From: Sandaracinaceae bacterium
Lineage (GTDB): Bacteria; Myxococcota_A; Polyangia; Polyangiales; Houyiibacteriaceae
Assembly: GCA_016706685.1 (NCBI GenBank)
Contig: JADJJE010000001.1
Span: 449,575 to 513,574 of the forward strand
DNA length: 64,000 bases
Direction of reading: 5' to 3'
Program-made: the position numbers and the translations under genes
Notes under the pieces: generated by a model
Told to the model about the DNA's origin: nothing
Database searches by the model: none
The model's input: the letters and a program-made list of their open reading frames with translations, nothing else
In this document: positions 55,158 to 63,700 of the stretch, one piece after another
Layout of the letters: each line of letters opens with the position of its first letter
Numbering within the stretch: position 1 is the stretch's first letter

Positions 55158-55795
55158 CCGCGCTCGACCTCGAGCCCGTCGGCCTCCCAATGGAGGAAGC
55201 CGCCAGACAAGTAGCCCACCTCGACGCCCTGTTGACCCAGCTCCTCGGCCAGGCGCTTGGCGTCGTCCTCGGTGCGCGAGTAGAGGACGCGCAAGCGGCC
55301 GTCGGTGGGCGCCAGCTCCGCGATGCGCGCGGCCACGGCGTCGACGGGCACGTTGACGGCGCCCGGGACGCGGAAGCGGCCGAAGCTGCGCTCGTCACGC
55401 ACGTCCACCGGGACGACCTGGCCCTGCTTGATGAGCTGCGCCAACTCGGCGGGCTTGAGCGCGGTGGCGGCCTGCGGGAGGAACGGCGCCAGCATCTCCA
55501 GCAGCTGCGGCTTGGTGAGCACGCCCTGCTCGGCCGCCACCGGGCGCCCGCGCTGCATGACCACCAACATGGGGATGCTCTGCACGCGGAACATCTGCGC
55601 CACGCCCGGGCTGCGCTCGATGTCGATCTTGACCACCTTCACCACGCCGGCGAGCTCGGCGGCCACGGCGGCCACGATGGGCGACAGCTGCTTGCACGGC
55701 TGGCACCAGTCCGCGTAGAGGTCGATGAGGACGGGCAGCTCCGAGGCGAGCACTTCGCGCTCGAAGGTCGCGTCGGTGACGGCGAGAACGGTCAT
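55154..55795 (-). CDS. Thioredoxin fused to a rhodanese-like domain
   Basis: ORF 55154..55795. Thioredoxin fold with active site WCQPC (LIDLYADWCQPCKQL). The C-terminal rhodanese-like domain (VPVDVRDERSF..GRFRVPGAVNVP...VLYSRTEDDAKRLAEEL...GGFLHW) has Ser where the catalytic Cys normally sits. Confidence 0.8.
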   Translation of the reverse strand: MTVLAVTDATFEREVLASELPVLIDLYADWCQPCKQLSPIVAAVAAELAGVVKVVKIDIERSPGVAQMFRVQSIPMLVVMQRGRPVAAEQGVLTKPQLLEMLAPFLPQAATALKPAELAQLIKQGQVVPVDVRDERSFGRFRVPGAVNVPVDAVAARIAELAPTDGRLRVLYSRTEDDAKRLAEELGQQGVEVGYLSGGFLHWEADGLEVERG

Positions 55796-55813
55796 GGCGC
55801 GAGGTGTAGCACC

Positions 55814-56479
55814 TCAGTACGGGGCCTGCCCAGCCGCTCCGCTCACGATGGCGACGCCCGCGCTGGTGCCGAGCCGCGTGGCGCCCGCCTCGATCATGAC
55901 GCGCGCCGCCGCCTCGTCGCGGATGCCCCCGGACGCCTTCACGCCGATCTGGCTGCAGACGGTCTCGCGCAGGAGCGCGACGGCCTCGCGCGTGGCCCCG
56001 CCCACCCCGAAGCCCGTGGAGGTCTTCACGAACTGCGCGCCCGCGGACTGGGCCAAGGCCGCGCCGACGCGAATTTGCTCGGGGGTCAGCGCTGCCGTCT
56101 CGAGGATGACCTTCACCACGCGCCCGTCGGCGGCCTGCACCACGGCGCCCAGGTCGAGGGCCACCGTGCGGTAGTGCCGGTCCTTGAGCGCGCCGAGGTG
56201 CACCACGACATCCAGCTCCGTGGCGCCGTCTCGCACTGCCTGCTGGGCCTCGGCCACCTTCGCCGCCGTGCTCACGCAGCCGAGCGGAAACCCCACCACG
56301 GTGGTGATGCCCGGACCGGCGTCTGCCAGCCGCTCGGCACAGAAGCGCACCCATGCCGACGTCACGCAGACCGTGGCGAAGCCGTGCTTGCGGGCCTCGT
56401 CACACAGGCGCGCGTGGTCCGACGACGTGGCGTCGGCGCGCAGGAGGGTGTGGTCGATGAAGGAGGCGAGTTCGTGCAT
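55814..56479 (-). CDS. deoC: Deoxyribose-phosphate aldolase
   Basis: ORF 55814..56572 trimmed to MHELASFIDHTLLRADAT (ATG at 56479). Motifs VCVTSAWV, VVGFPLG, VKVILET and FVKTSTGF (Schiff-base Lys). Confidence 0.9.
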   Translation of the reverse strand: MHELASFIDHTLLRADATSSDHARLCDEARKHGFATVCVTSAWVRFCAERLADAGPGITTVVGFPLGCVSTAAKVAEAQQAVRDGATELDVVVHLGALKDRHYRTVALDLGAVVQAADGRVVKVILETAALTPEQIRVGAALAQSAGAQFVKTSTGFGVGGATREAVALLRETVCSQIGVKASGGIRDEAAARVMIEAGATRLGTSAGVAIVSGAAGQAPY

Positions 56480-56510
56480 TGCGGTTCGTGGTGAGGAAGG
56501 GGCTGGCTGG

Positions 56511-56819
56511 CTAGAGGCCGCGGAGCTGGAGGGCTTGATCGCACGCCGCGAGGCTCTCGGCGCGCACGCCATCAGCGCCGTGGAGATCTGCCGAGAGGGC
56601 GCGGGCGAGCATGGCGAAAGGGACGCTCGCGCTGGCGCGACGGCCCAGACGCTCGATCAGGCCGAGCAACTCGCGCCGCACCGGCTCGCCGAGGGGATCG
56701 CCCGTGTGGCGGGCGCGCAACAGCGTGAGGACGCGCTCGGCATCGGGACGCTCCCGCGTGGGGACGTCGGCCAGCGCCGAGGCACCGCGCGCGGCGTAGT
56801 CGGCGAAGACCTCAGGCAC
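56511..56819 (-). CDS. Hypothetical protein (102 aa)
   Basis: ORF 56511..56819 with strong GC3 bias. 8-nt overlap with the upstream SDR stop. No family recognised. Confidence 0.4.
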   Translation of the reverse strand: MPEVFADYAARGASALADVPTRERPDAERVLTLLRARHTGDPLGEPVRRELLGLIERLGRRASASVPFAMLARALSADLHGADGVRAESLAACDQALQLRGL

Positions 56820-57675
56820 GCTTCACCGCCCCGTGGCGTCCCTCGATCAACGACTCGCTCAGCGCCCAGAGGCGCGCCGCAGCGAGCTCATCCAGCGCCA
56901 CACGGGACGGCTGGGCGCGCTGCGAGCGCGAGAAGTAGCGCCCGCTCACGTCATCGAGCGAGGGGTGCGTGGCGGCATGCAGCGACGTGGCCGCGCCTTG
57001 CTCGGGCGTGAGCAGCACCAAGCGCGCCACCGTGTTGCTGAGGAAGCTGAGCACACCGCTGTCGCGCGCGATGTCGGTGGCCACCGAGCCCGGGTGCACC
57101 GCGTTCGAGCGCACGTGACGCTTCTCCACCCGCAGGCGCCGCGCCAGCTCGAGGCTGAACAGCAGGTTGGCGAGCTTGCTCTGATCGTACGCGCGCAGCC
57201 CCGAGTAACCCTTCTCCAGCATGACGTCATCCCAGCGGATGCCCTTGCAGTTAACGTGGCGACGCGAGGACACGTGCACGATGCGCGCAGGCAGCGCCGC
57301 TCGGTCTGCCATGTGGTCCAGCAGGTGCCGAGTGAATTCGAAGTGCGCCAGGTGGTTCACGGCGAACGTGTCCTCGAAGCCGTCTTGGCTGAGCGTTCGC
57401 TCGCTGTGCCACACCCCCGCGTTGTTCACGAGCACGGCGAGTGGCTCGAGCCGCTCGCGCACCTGGGCCGCGCACTCCCGCACCTCGGTCAGCGAGCTGA
57501 AGTCCGCGCGCAGCGCGATGGCACCCGCCCCCAGCGACGTGACGGCGCGCTCGAGGCGGGCAGGGTCGCGGCCGACGATGGCCACGCGCTCGAAGCCCCG
57601 GCGCAAGAGTCCGCGCGCCGTCTCGAGCCCGATGCCGCTGCTCCCGCCGGTGACCACTGCGTGCCGAACGTCCAT
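56812..57675 (-). CDS. SDR-family oxidoreductase (retinol-dehydrogenase-like)
   Basis: ORF 56812..57738 trimmed to MDVRHAVVTGGSSGIGLETA (57675). Motifs NNAG and YDQSK. Confidence 0.8.
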   Translation of the reverse strand: MDVRHAVVTGGSSGIGLETARGLLRRGFERVAIVGRDPARLERAVTSLGAGAIALRADFSSLTEVRECAAQVRERLEPLAVLVNNAGVWHSERTLSQDGFEDTFAVNHLAHFEFTRHLLDHMADRAALPARIVHVSSRRHVNCKGIRWDDVMLEKGYSGLRAYDQSKLANLLFSLELARRLRVEKRHVRSNAVHPGSVATDIARDSGVLSFLSNTVARLVLLTPEQGAATSLHAATHPSLDDVSGRYFSRSQRAQPSRVALDELAAARLWALSESLIEGRHGAVKRA

Positions 57676-57691
57676 GGGCCGCGAGTGTACC

Positions 57692-57707
57692 TGGCACGAG
57701 AATCGCA
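57692..57707 (+). promoter_or_regulatory. Candidate sigma54 (-24/-12) promoter
   Basis: TGGCACGAGAATCGCA compared with the consensus TGGCACG-N4-TTGCW. GG and GC have the correct spacing. It lies 44 nt upstream of the ATG at 57751. Confidence 0.45.
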
Positions 57708-57750
57708 AGCCATGGCGTCGCGCGACCTTCGTCGCCAAGGAGCAAACACG

Positions 57751-57879
57751 ATGAGCAAGCTACTTCGAGGGGTCGCCGCAGGTTGGGGAGCGAAGCAGAC
57801 CGGGTTCGGCTGCTTCGGAACGGTGATCGTCTTCGCCATCCTGTGGGCCGTGCTCGGCAACTTTCAGATCTTCCAGTAG
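57751..57879 (+). CDS. Small membrane protein (42 aa)
   Basis: MSKLLRGVAAGWGAKQTGFGCFGTVIVFAILWAVLGNFQIFQ, with one TM helix. AAGGAG lies 8 nt upstream of the ATG. The stop TAG overlaps the GTG of the next gene (TAGTG). It is hidden in the tail of shadow ORF 56833..57879. Confidence 0.5.
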   Translation: MSKLLRGVAAGWGAKQTGFGCFGTVIVFAILWAVLGNFQIFQ

Positions 57880-58754
57880 TGCCGACGCGCCTCCAACGCC
57901 TACAGCAGAGCCTCCCAGCGGCGCTGGTGAACCGCTTCATCGAGATCGACCTGATGACCCAGGCTGCGGCGCTGGCCTTCTATGCGGTGCTCTCGATGGC
58001 GCCGCTGCTCGTGCTGCTGCTCTGGCTGACCGCCTCGCTGTATCCGAGCGCGCAGAGTGAACTGATCGGTCAGATTGGTCAGCTGGCCGGCCGCGAAGCC
58101 GAGGCCATCGCCGCGACCATGATCGACAACGCCCGCGCACGCCCGAGTGTGGGCACCGTGGCTGGAGTCTGGGGAACGCTGCTGCTCTTCATCGGCGCCA
58201 CGGCGGTGTTCGCCCAGCTCCAGGGTGCGCTCAACTTGATCTTCCACACCGCGGCGCGACGCCCGGACACCTTCACGGCGTGGCTGCGCAAGCGCGTGTT
58301 CTCGTTCGGAGTGATCTTCGCGCTGGGGTTCCTGCTGATCGTGTCCATGTCGCTGGCCACGGCGCTGCAAGTCGTGTTCGCCAACGTGCCCTCCATGCTG
58401 CCCCTGGTCGGGACCGTTGCCAGCTTCGTCATCTACGTGGTCACGTTCGGCTTCCTCTACCACTTCCTGCCCGACCGCCCCGTCCACTGGCGACAGGCGT
58501 TCCTCGGCGGCCTGAACACGGCGCTGCTGTTCACGGGTGGGCGCTACCTCATCGGGCTGTACATCGCGAGGACCGATCCCGGCGGGGCGTACGGCGCGAC
58601 GGGCGCCCTGGTGATCCTGCTCGTGTGGATCTACTACGCCTCGGTCGTGTTCTTCATCGGCGCGCTGTTGACGGCCGTGATCGATGAGCGGGCGACCCGC
58701 GCTGCGGCAGAGTCAGTCGCCGCCCCGCCGACTGGTCAGGAAGGCAGCCCATAG
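57879..58754 (+). CDS. YihY/BrkB-family membrane protein
   Basis: ORF 57783..58754, probably starting at the GTG at 57879. Family-typical N-terminus ...FIEIDLMTQAAALAFYAVLSMAPLLVLL and six TM segments. Confidence 0.8.
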   Translation: MPTRLQRLQQSLPAALVNRFIEIDLMTQAAALAFYAVLSMAPLLVLLLWLTASLYPSAQSELIGQIGQLAGREAEAIAATMIDNARARPSVGTVAGVWGTLLLFIGATAVFAQLQGALNLIFHTAARRPDTFTAWLRKRVFSFGVIFALGFLLIVSMSLATALQVVFANVPSMLPLVGTVASFVIYVVTFGFLYHFLPDRPVHWRQAFLGGLNTALLFTGGRYLIGLYIARTDPGGAYGATGALVILLVWIYYASVVFFIGALLTAVIDERATRAAAESVAAPPTGQEGSP

Positions 58755-59141
58755 CGTGCCTGCGGCGCTCAGCAGCGCCAACAGCGTGGGAGCCACGAAG
58801 AAGTAGCGAAGGCAGATCAGGAACACGAAGCCGAGCGCCACGCCATGCGCGAGGGCCATGCGGGTGGCCGTGCGCGGGTGCTCGCCGGAAACGCCCGCGA
58901 GTTCGAGGGAGAGCGCACTGCCAAAGAGCAAGTACACCACGAACAGCGCGCCGTAGCCGACGTGGAAGTCCATCATGGTGCGCTGGACACCGAGCCTCTC
59001 GACGGGCGCCGACTCCATCCCGAAGACCACGAGGTCCATGACGAAGCCGTGGCCGGAGTCGGAGAGCATGCCGAGCCCGTGCGTGAGCGCGAAGAGGAAC
59101 AGCAGGAGTGCCACCACGCGGTGGAGAAGCTTGGGGTTCAT
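58713..59141 (-). CDS. Hypothetical 4-TM membrane protein
   Basis: ORF 58713..59141. Hydrophobic helices throughout. Lies 10 nt downstream of the AtpZ-like gene. Confidence 0.55.
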   Translation of the reverse strand: MNPKLLHRVVALLLFLFALTHGLGMLSDSGHGFVMDLVVFGMESAPVERLGVQRTMMDFHVGYGALFVVYLLFGSALSLELAGVSGEHPRTATRMALAHGVALGFVFLICLRYFFVAPTLLALLSAAGTLWAAFLTSRRGGD

Positions 59142-59151
59142 GGCGGGTTGC

Positions 59152-59472
59152 TCACTCCGGCAAGCTGGCGGCTGCGCGGCGACCCGCGTAGGCCCAGTAG
59201 GCCGCGTTGACCGAGCCTATCGCGAGCGCCGCCACGGGCAGCGCGAACATCCAGGAGAAGCTAGCCGGATGGTGAGCATCCAGCCAGTGCCCGAGCGTGG
59301 CCGCGAGCAGCATGGGCAGCACGATGGTCCAGCCGACGAGGCCCATGGGCACGAAGCCCAATCGGCCGGCGGGGATGCGCTGGCGCGCCTTCCACTTGCG
59401 GGCGATCTCGGCCGTGGCCTTTTCGGCAACGGCGCGCGTCTCCTCGGTGTCCGGAGGTGGTTCGATGTTCAT
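59152..59472 (-). CDS. AtpZ/AtpI-like small membrane protein
   Basis: ORF 59152..59589 trimmed to MNIEPPPDTEE (59472). GLVGWTIVLPMLLAATLGHWLDAHHP..FSWMFALPVAALAIGSVNAAYWA resembles the AtpZ/AtpI two-helix pattern. Tentative. Confidence 0.4.
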   Translation of the reverse strand: MNIEPPPDTEETRAVAEKATAEIARKWKARQRIPAGRLGFVPMGLVGWTIVLPMLLAATLGHWLDAHHPASFSWMFALPVAALAIGSVNAAYWAYAGRRAAASLPE

Positions 59473-59648
59473 GACCTCGTGACGTGCAAGATGGAGCCCA
59501 CCCACGTCACCGAGTGCGCCCGGGTGCGCTGTAACCCTCCTGATCCGGCTCCGGTGATGTGACTCCATCAATCTGACCGGCCGCCCCACCAGCCCGATGG
59601 GGTGCCGGGGGGCTTGCCGCCGCTGCGCGGAGCGGGCATCACAGCGCG

Positions 59649-60641
59649 GTGACCGACACCATCGAAGGCAAAGTCCTCATCACCGGCGCGAGCGGCTTCA
59701 TCGGCAGCTGGCTGCGCGACACACTGCTCGAGCGGGGCTCCGACGTCCTGGCCATCCGGCGACCGGGTTCGCCTGCGGCACGGACGGGACGGAGCGTGGA
59801 GGCGAACTACGACGACCTCGCCGGGCTGAAGCGCATCATGGCGAGCGAGCGCCCTGACTACGTGCTGCACGTGGCCGGCGCCACCAAGGGCCGCACCTAC
59901 GCCGACTTCGAGCGCGGCAACGTGATGCCCACGGAGAACCTGTTGCGCGCGGCCGAGGCGGAGCACAAGGGGCTGAAGCGCTTCGTGCACGTGTCATCTC
60001 TCGCGGCCTATGGCCCCAGCCGCCCGGGGCAGCCGCTGCGCGAGACCGACCCGCGCCGCCCGGTCGAGTTCTATGGCGAGAGCAAGCTCGCGTCGGAGCG
60101 CGTGGTGGAGCGCGCCCAGGTGCCCTACACCATCATCCGCCCGAGCGGCGTCTACGGGCCACGTGACGTGGACATGCTCGAGCTGTTCAAGCTGGCGCGC
60201 GGCCGCGTGAACCTGTTCTTCGGGAACCGCAAGAGCTGGGGGAGCTTCGTCTACGTGGACGACGTGGTATCGGCCATCCTGCGTGCGGGCGCGGCGACGG
60301 CGGCGGAGGGGCGCGGCTACTTCCTGGCCGACGGCGAGCCCATCACGTGGGAGACGCTCCAGGCCGACATCATGGCGGTGGTCGGGAAGCGCGCGCTGAC
60401 GGTCTCGCTCCCGAAGCAGATGCCCTTCGTGGCCGGGGCGCTGGGTGAGCTCGCCACTCGCTTCGACGGAGAGCCACGGTTGATGAACCGCCAGAAGGCC
60501 ATCATGGGCGCGCAGGATGCCTGGACCTGCCACGCCGACGCCGCCGCCAGCGACTTCGGGTTCGCCGCCACGCTGCCACGGCGCGAGGCGCTGGCCCGCA
60601 CACACGCGTGGTACGAAGCCAACGGCTGGTACCGTCGCTGA
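59649..60641 (+). CDS. NAD-dependent epimerase/dehydratase (extended SDR)
   Basis: ORF 59649..60641 (GTG start). Motifs KVLITGASGFIGSWL and YGESK (catalytic Y..K). Confidence 0.85.
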   Translation: MTDTIEGKVLITGASGFIGSWLRDTLLERGSDVLAIRRPGSPAARTGRSVEANYDDLAGLKRIMASERPDYVLHVAGATKGRTYADFERGNVMPTENLLRAAEAEHKGLKRFVHVSSLAAYGPSRPGQPLRETDPRRPVEFYGESKLASERVVERAQVPYTIIRPSGVYGPRDVDMLELFKLARGRVNLFFGNRKSWGSFVYVDDVVSAILRAGAATAAEGRGYFLADGEPITWETLQADIMAVVGKRALTVSLPKQMPFVAGALGELATRFDGEPRLMNRQKAIMGAQDAWTCHADAAASDFGFAATLPRREALARTHAWYEANGWYRR

Positions 60642-60716
60642 GGCCCGTTCGATGCCCCTCCCGGGCACAGGCAGAAAGCCGTCGCGCCGAGTGTGACTGT
60701 GATAACTTCCGCGCCC

Positions 60717-63700
60717 ATGGATTCACCGTCGGCGCTGGTGCCGGGACCGATCGCGAGGACCCTGCTCGAGCTCGCTGAGCGCGGGGCGAGCGGCGAGATC
60801 GCCATCGGCGGCCGCAAGCTGGTGCTGCACGAGGGGCAGGTCATCGGCGTGCTGCCCGCGCCCGGTGACGAGCCGCTGGACAGTTTCCTGGTGAAGGCCG
60901 GGCGCCTGGACGACGCCGCCGCGCGCGCGGCGCGAGCCAAGTCCGAGATGTCGGGGAACCCGCTGATACGCGAGCTGGAGACCGTGCTCACGCCCGCGCA
61001 GCTCACGCAGGGGCTGCGCGCGCTGTGGCTGGATCGGCTGGTCTTCGGCCTCCAAACCGACGTGGACGCTGGGCAGGGGCTCAACGACTTCGAGCCTGCG
61101 GCGGCGCTGAGCGCACGCGCCGGCGAGCACCGCACCCCGCTGCTGGAGCTGCTCCTGGACGCCCTCGCCCGGAGAGCCGGTGAGCGCGACGCTGGATTGG
61201 TGGGCTCGCAGGCGAGCAAGCTGTTGATCTGGCAGGACAGCGCTCATCGTGCGGCGGCGGAGGCCTGGGCCGAGCTGCCGGCGCTGGACCCGCCCCGCGT
61301 GGCGCGCTTGCTCGCCACCTCGCCCGCTGCCGCGTCCCGCATCGCCGCCCTGCTGCGTGCCGGGTTGGTGTTCCTCAGCGCTCGGGTGGACTCGCCTCCG
61401 CCGCCCCCGCCGCGGCCCACCACCATTGCGCCTCCGCCGGCGGGGCCCACCGAGGCGGCCATCGCGCCAGCCGTCATCATCGAGAGCATCCCCTCCGCCA
61501 AGCTCCCCGCGCGGCCCGCCTCGGTGCCGCCCCCGCGCTTGTCGGAGTTCGGGCACAAGCTCACGCCCCTGCCGCCCATCTTGATGCGCCTCGATGACCC
61601 GCTCGATCCGCTCGAGAAGCGCATCGCCAACCTCGAGGCCAGCAGCGCCCCGCCACGCGAGCGCGCCACCGCGTGGCTCGAGTTCGGGCGCGCCTGGCAG
61701 CGTCACCATCGCTCGCTCGAGGAAGCCTGTCGCGCGTTCCGCGAGGCCGCCGCAGCAGACCCAACGTACTACGACGCCCTCGACGCAGCGGCCACGATGT
61801 GCACCGCCATGGGACGCGTGGAGCTCGGCAACGCGTACGCGCGCGCGGCGGCGGCGGCCGCGGGGCAGCCGGGTGAGCGCGCGCGCAGCCTCAAGCTCAT
61901 CGCGCGCAACGCGCGGCGCTTCGGCGCCATCGACGAAGCCGAGGCCACGCTGGTGCAGGCTCTCGAGGCGGACCCGAGCGACGGAGACGCATTCGAAGAG
62001 CTGGCTCGCGTTCGCCACCAGCGGGGCGACATCGTCGCTGCCGCGGCCGCCGCCGAAGCGGGCGCGGGTGCGGTGCGACGCCCGGAGCGTGCCCGCGCGC
62101 TGTTGGGCTTCGCGCGGGCCCTCGAAGACACCCCCGAGCGCACGAGCGCCTATGCCCGGGCCCTGTGCGAGGGCGGGTTCGGTGAGGCGGCGCTCAGCGA
62201 GCTGCGGCTGGCCGCGGCCGCCGCGGGAGCGCCGGACGTGCGCCGCCGCTTCTTGCTCGAGGCGGCGGAGATGGCCGAGACGGCCGAGCGTCCCGACCTC
62301 TCGCACGACTTCCTGATCGAGGCGTTCGTCGCCGAGCCTCAGCTGGAGGTCCTGCACGACCCACTGGTCGCCGACGCGCGCTCAGCGCAGTCGGACGCGC
62401 AGCTGGCCGTGGTGTTGGAGGCCGTGGCTGCCGCGAGCACGGGCGCGGCTCGAGCCCGCTGGCTGCGCGAGGCCGCCGAAGCCCACGTGCGCGCCGCGCC
62501 TCATGAGCCCCACGACACCTGGGCGGCTGAACTCTTGGTGCGGGCGCTGGCTGTGGATCCCGCTTCGCCCGAGACGCTCTCGGCGCTGCAAGCCGAGGCC
62601 GGGCGCGCTGGGCACGCTTCGCTGCTGCTCGACGGCCTCGAGCGGGCCGGCAAGGCAGGGCAGACGGCCGGCGAAAGCCGGGATGATGACGGCGCCCGCG
62701 CCGCCCGCGCCGAACTGTTGGACCGCGCCACTCGGCTCGCGGAGGAGTCGGGGCAGCTGGAGCGCGCGGCCAGTTGCCGTGAGCAGGCCCTAGCCCTCCG
62801 CGGTCGCAGCAGCGCCGACGCGGATCTGGCTCGCCTGCGCGCGCTGGCCACCAAGCGGGGTGCGTTGCTGGATCTCGCCCGCCGCGACCTCGAAGCGGCA
62901 CCCGAAGCGGAGCGCGGGGCGCTCGCCATGCGGCTGGGGCTCTTGCTGCGCGACGTCCCGAGCGGTCGCGCAGAGGCCACGCGCTGCCTCCGCACCGTGC
63001 TCCTGGGTCCGGCAGCGCATCACGCTGCGGCCTTCGGCGCACTGGTCCGGGTGCTGCGCGTAGCCGGGCTCGACGCGGAGTGCGTGGAGCTCCTGCTGCG
63101 CGCTCCCGTCCACCTGAGCGGGACCGCCGCCGCCGAGGCGCTCTGTGACGCGGCGGGCATGCTGGCCCTCGCCGGAGACCCACTCGGGTGCGCGAGCGCC
63201 GCGCTGCGGGCGCTCGAGCTGGACCCGAGCTCGCGCGTGGCGTCAGCGCGCCTGGACCTCGCCGCACGGCAAGTGGGCGATCCGGATCTGCGTCAGCGGG
63301 CGCTGCGTTCCCGCTTGGCTCAGGCCCCCGAGGCCTCCGAAGCGGCTCGCCTGCAGGGTCAGATTGCGCTCGTGGCCGACGCCGCCGGGGCCCCCGACAT
63401 CGCACTCCAGGCCGCACGCGACGCGCTGGCGCTCGATCCTCGCTGCGCCGACGCGCTGGCCCTGCTGGTGCGCTACTTCGACGCCCTGCCCGACCGCGAG
63501 GCGCTCGAGTGGGTGGCGCCGGCGCGTGCCGTGCTGGGCGACACACCCGCGCTCCTCGAGACCTGCCTGGCGCTGGCCGACCGGGCGCGCGACGAAGAGT
63601 TGGCTCGTGCCCTGCTGGACGCGCACTTCCGAATCTCACCGACCCCGGCCGTGGCCCTCGAGCGGGTGCGGCGGACGTTGCGCGCCACAGAGCGTGACCC

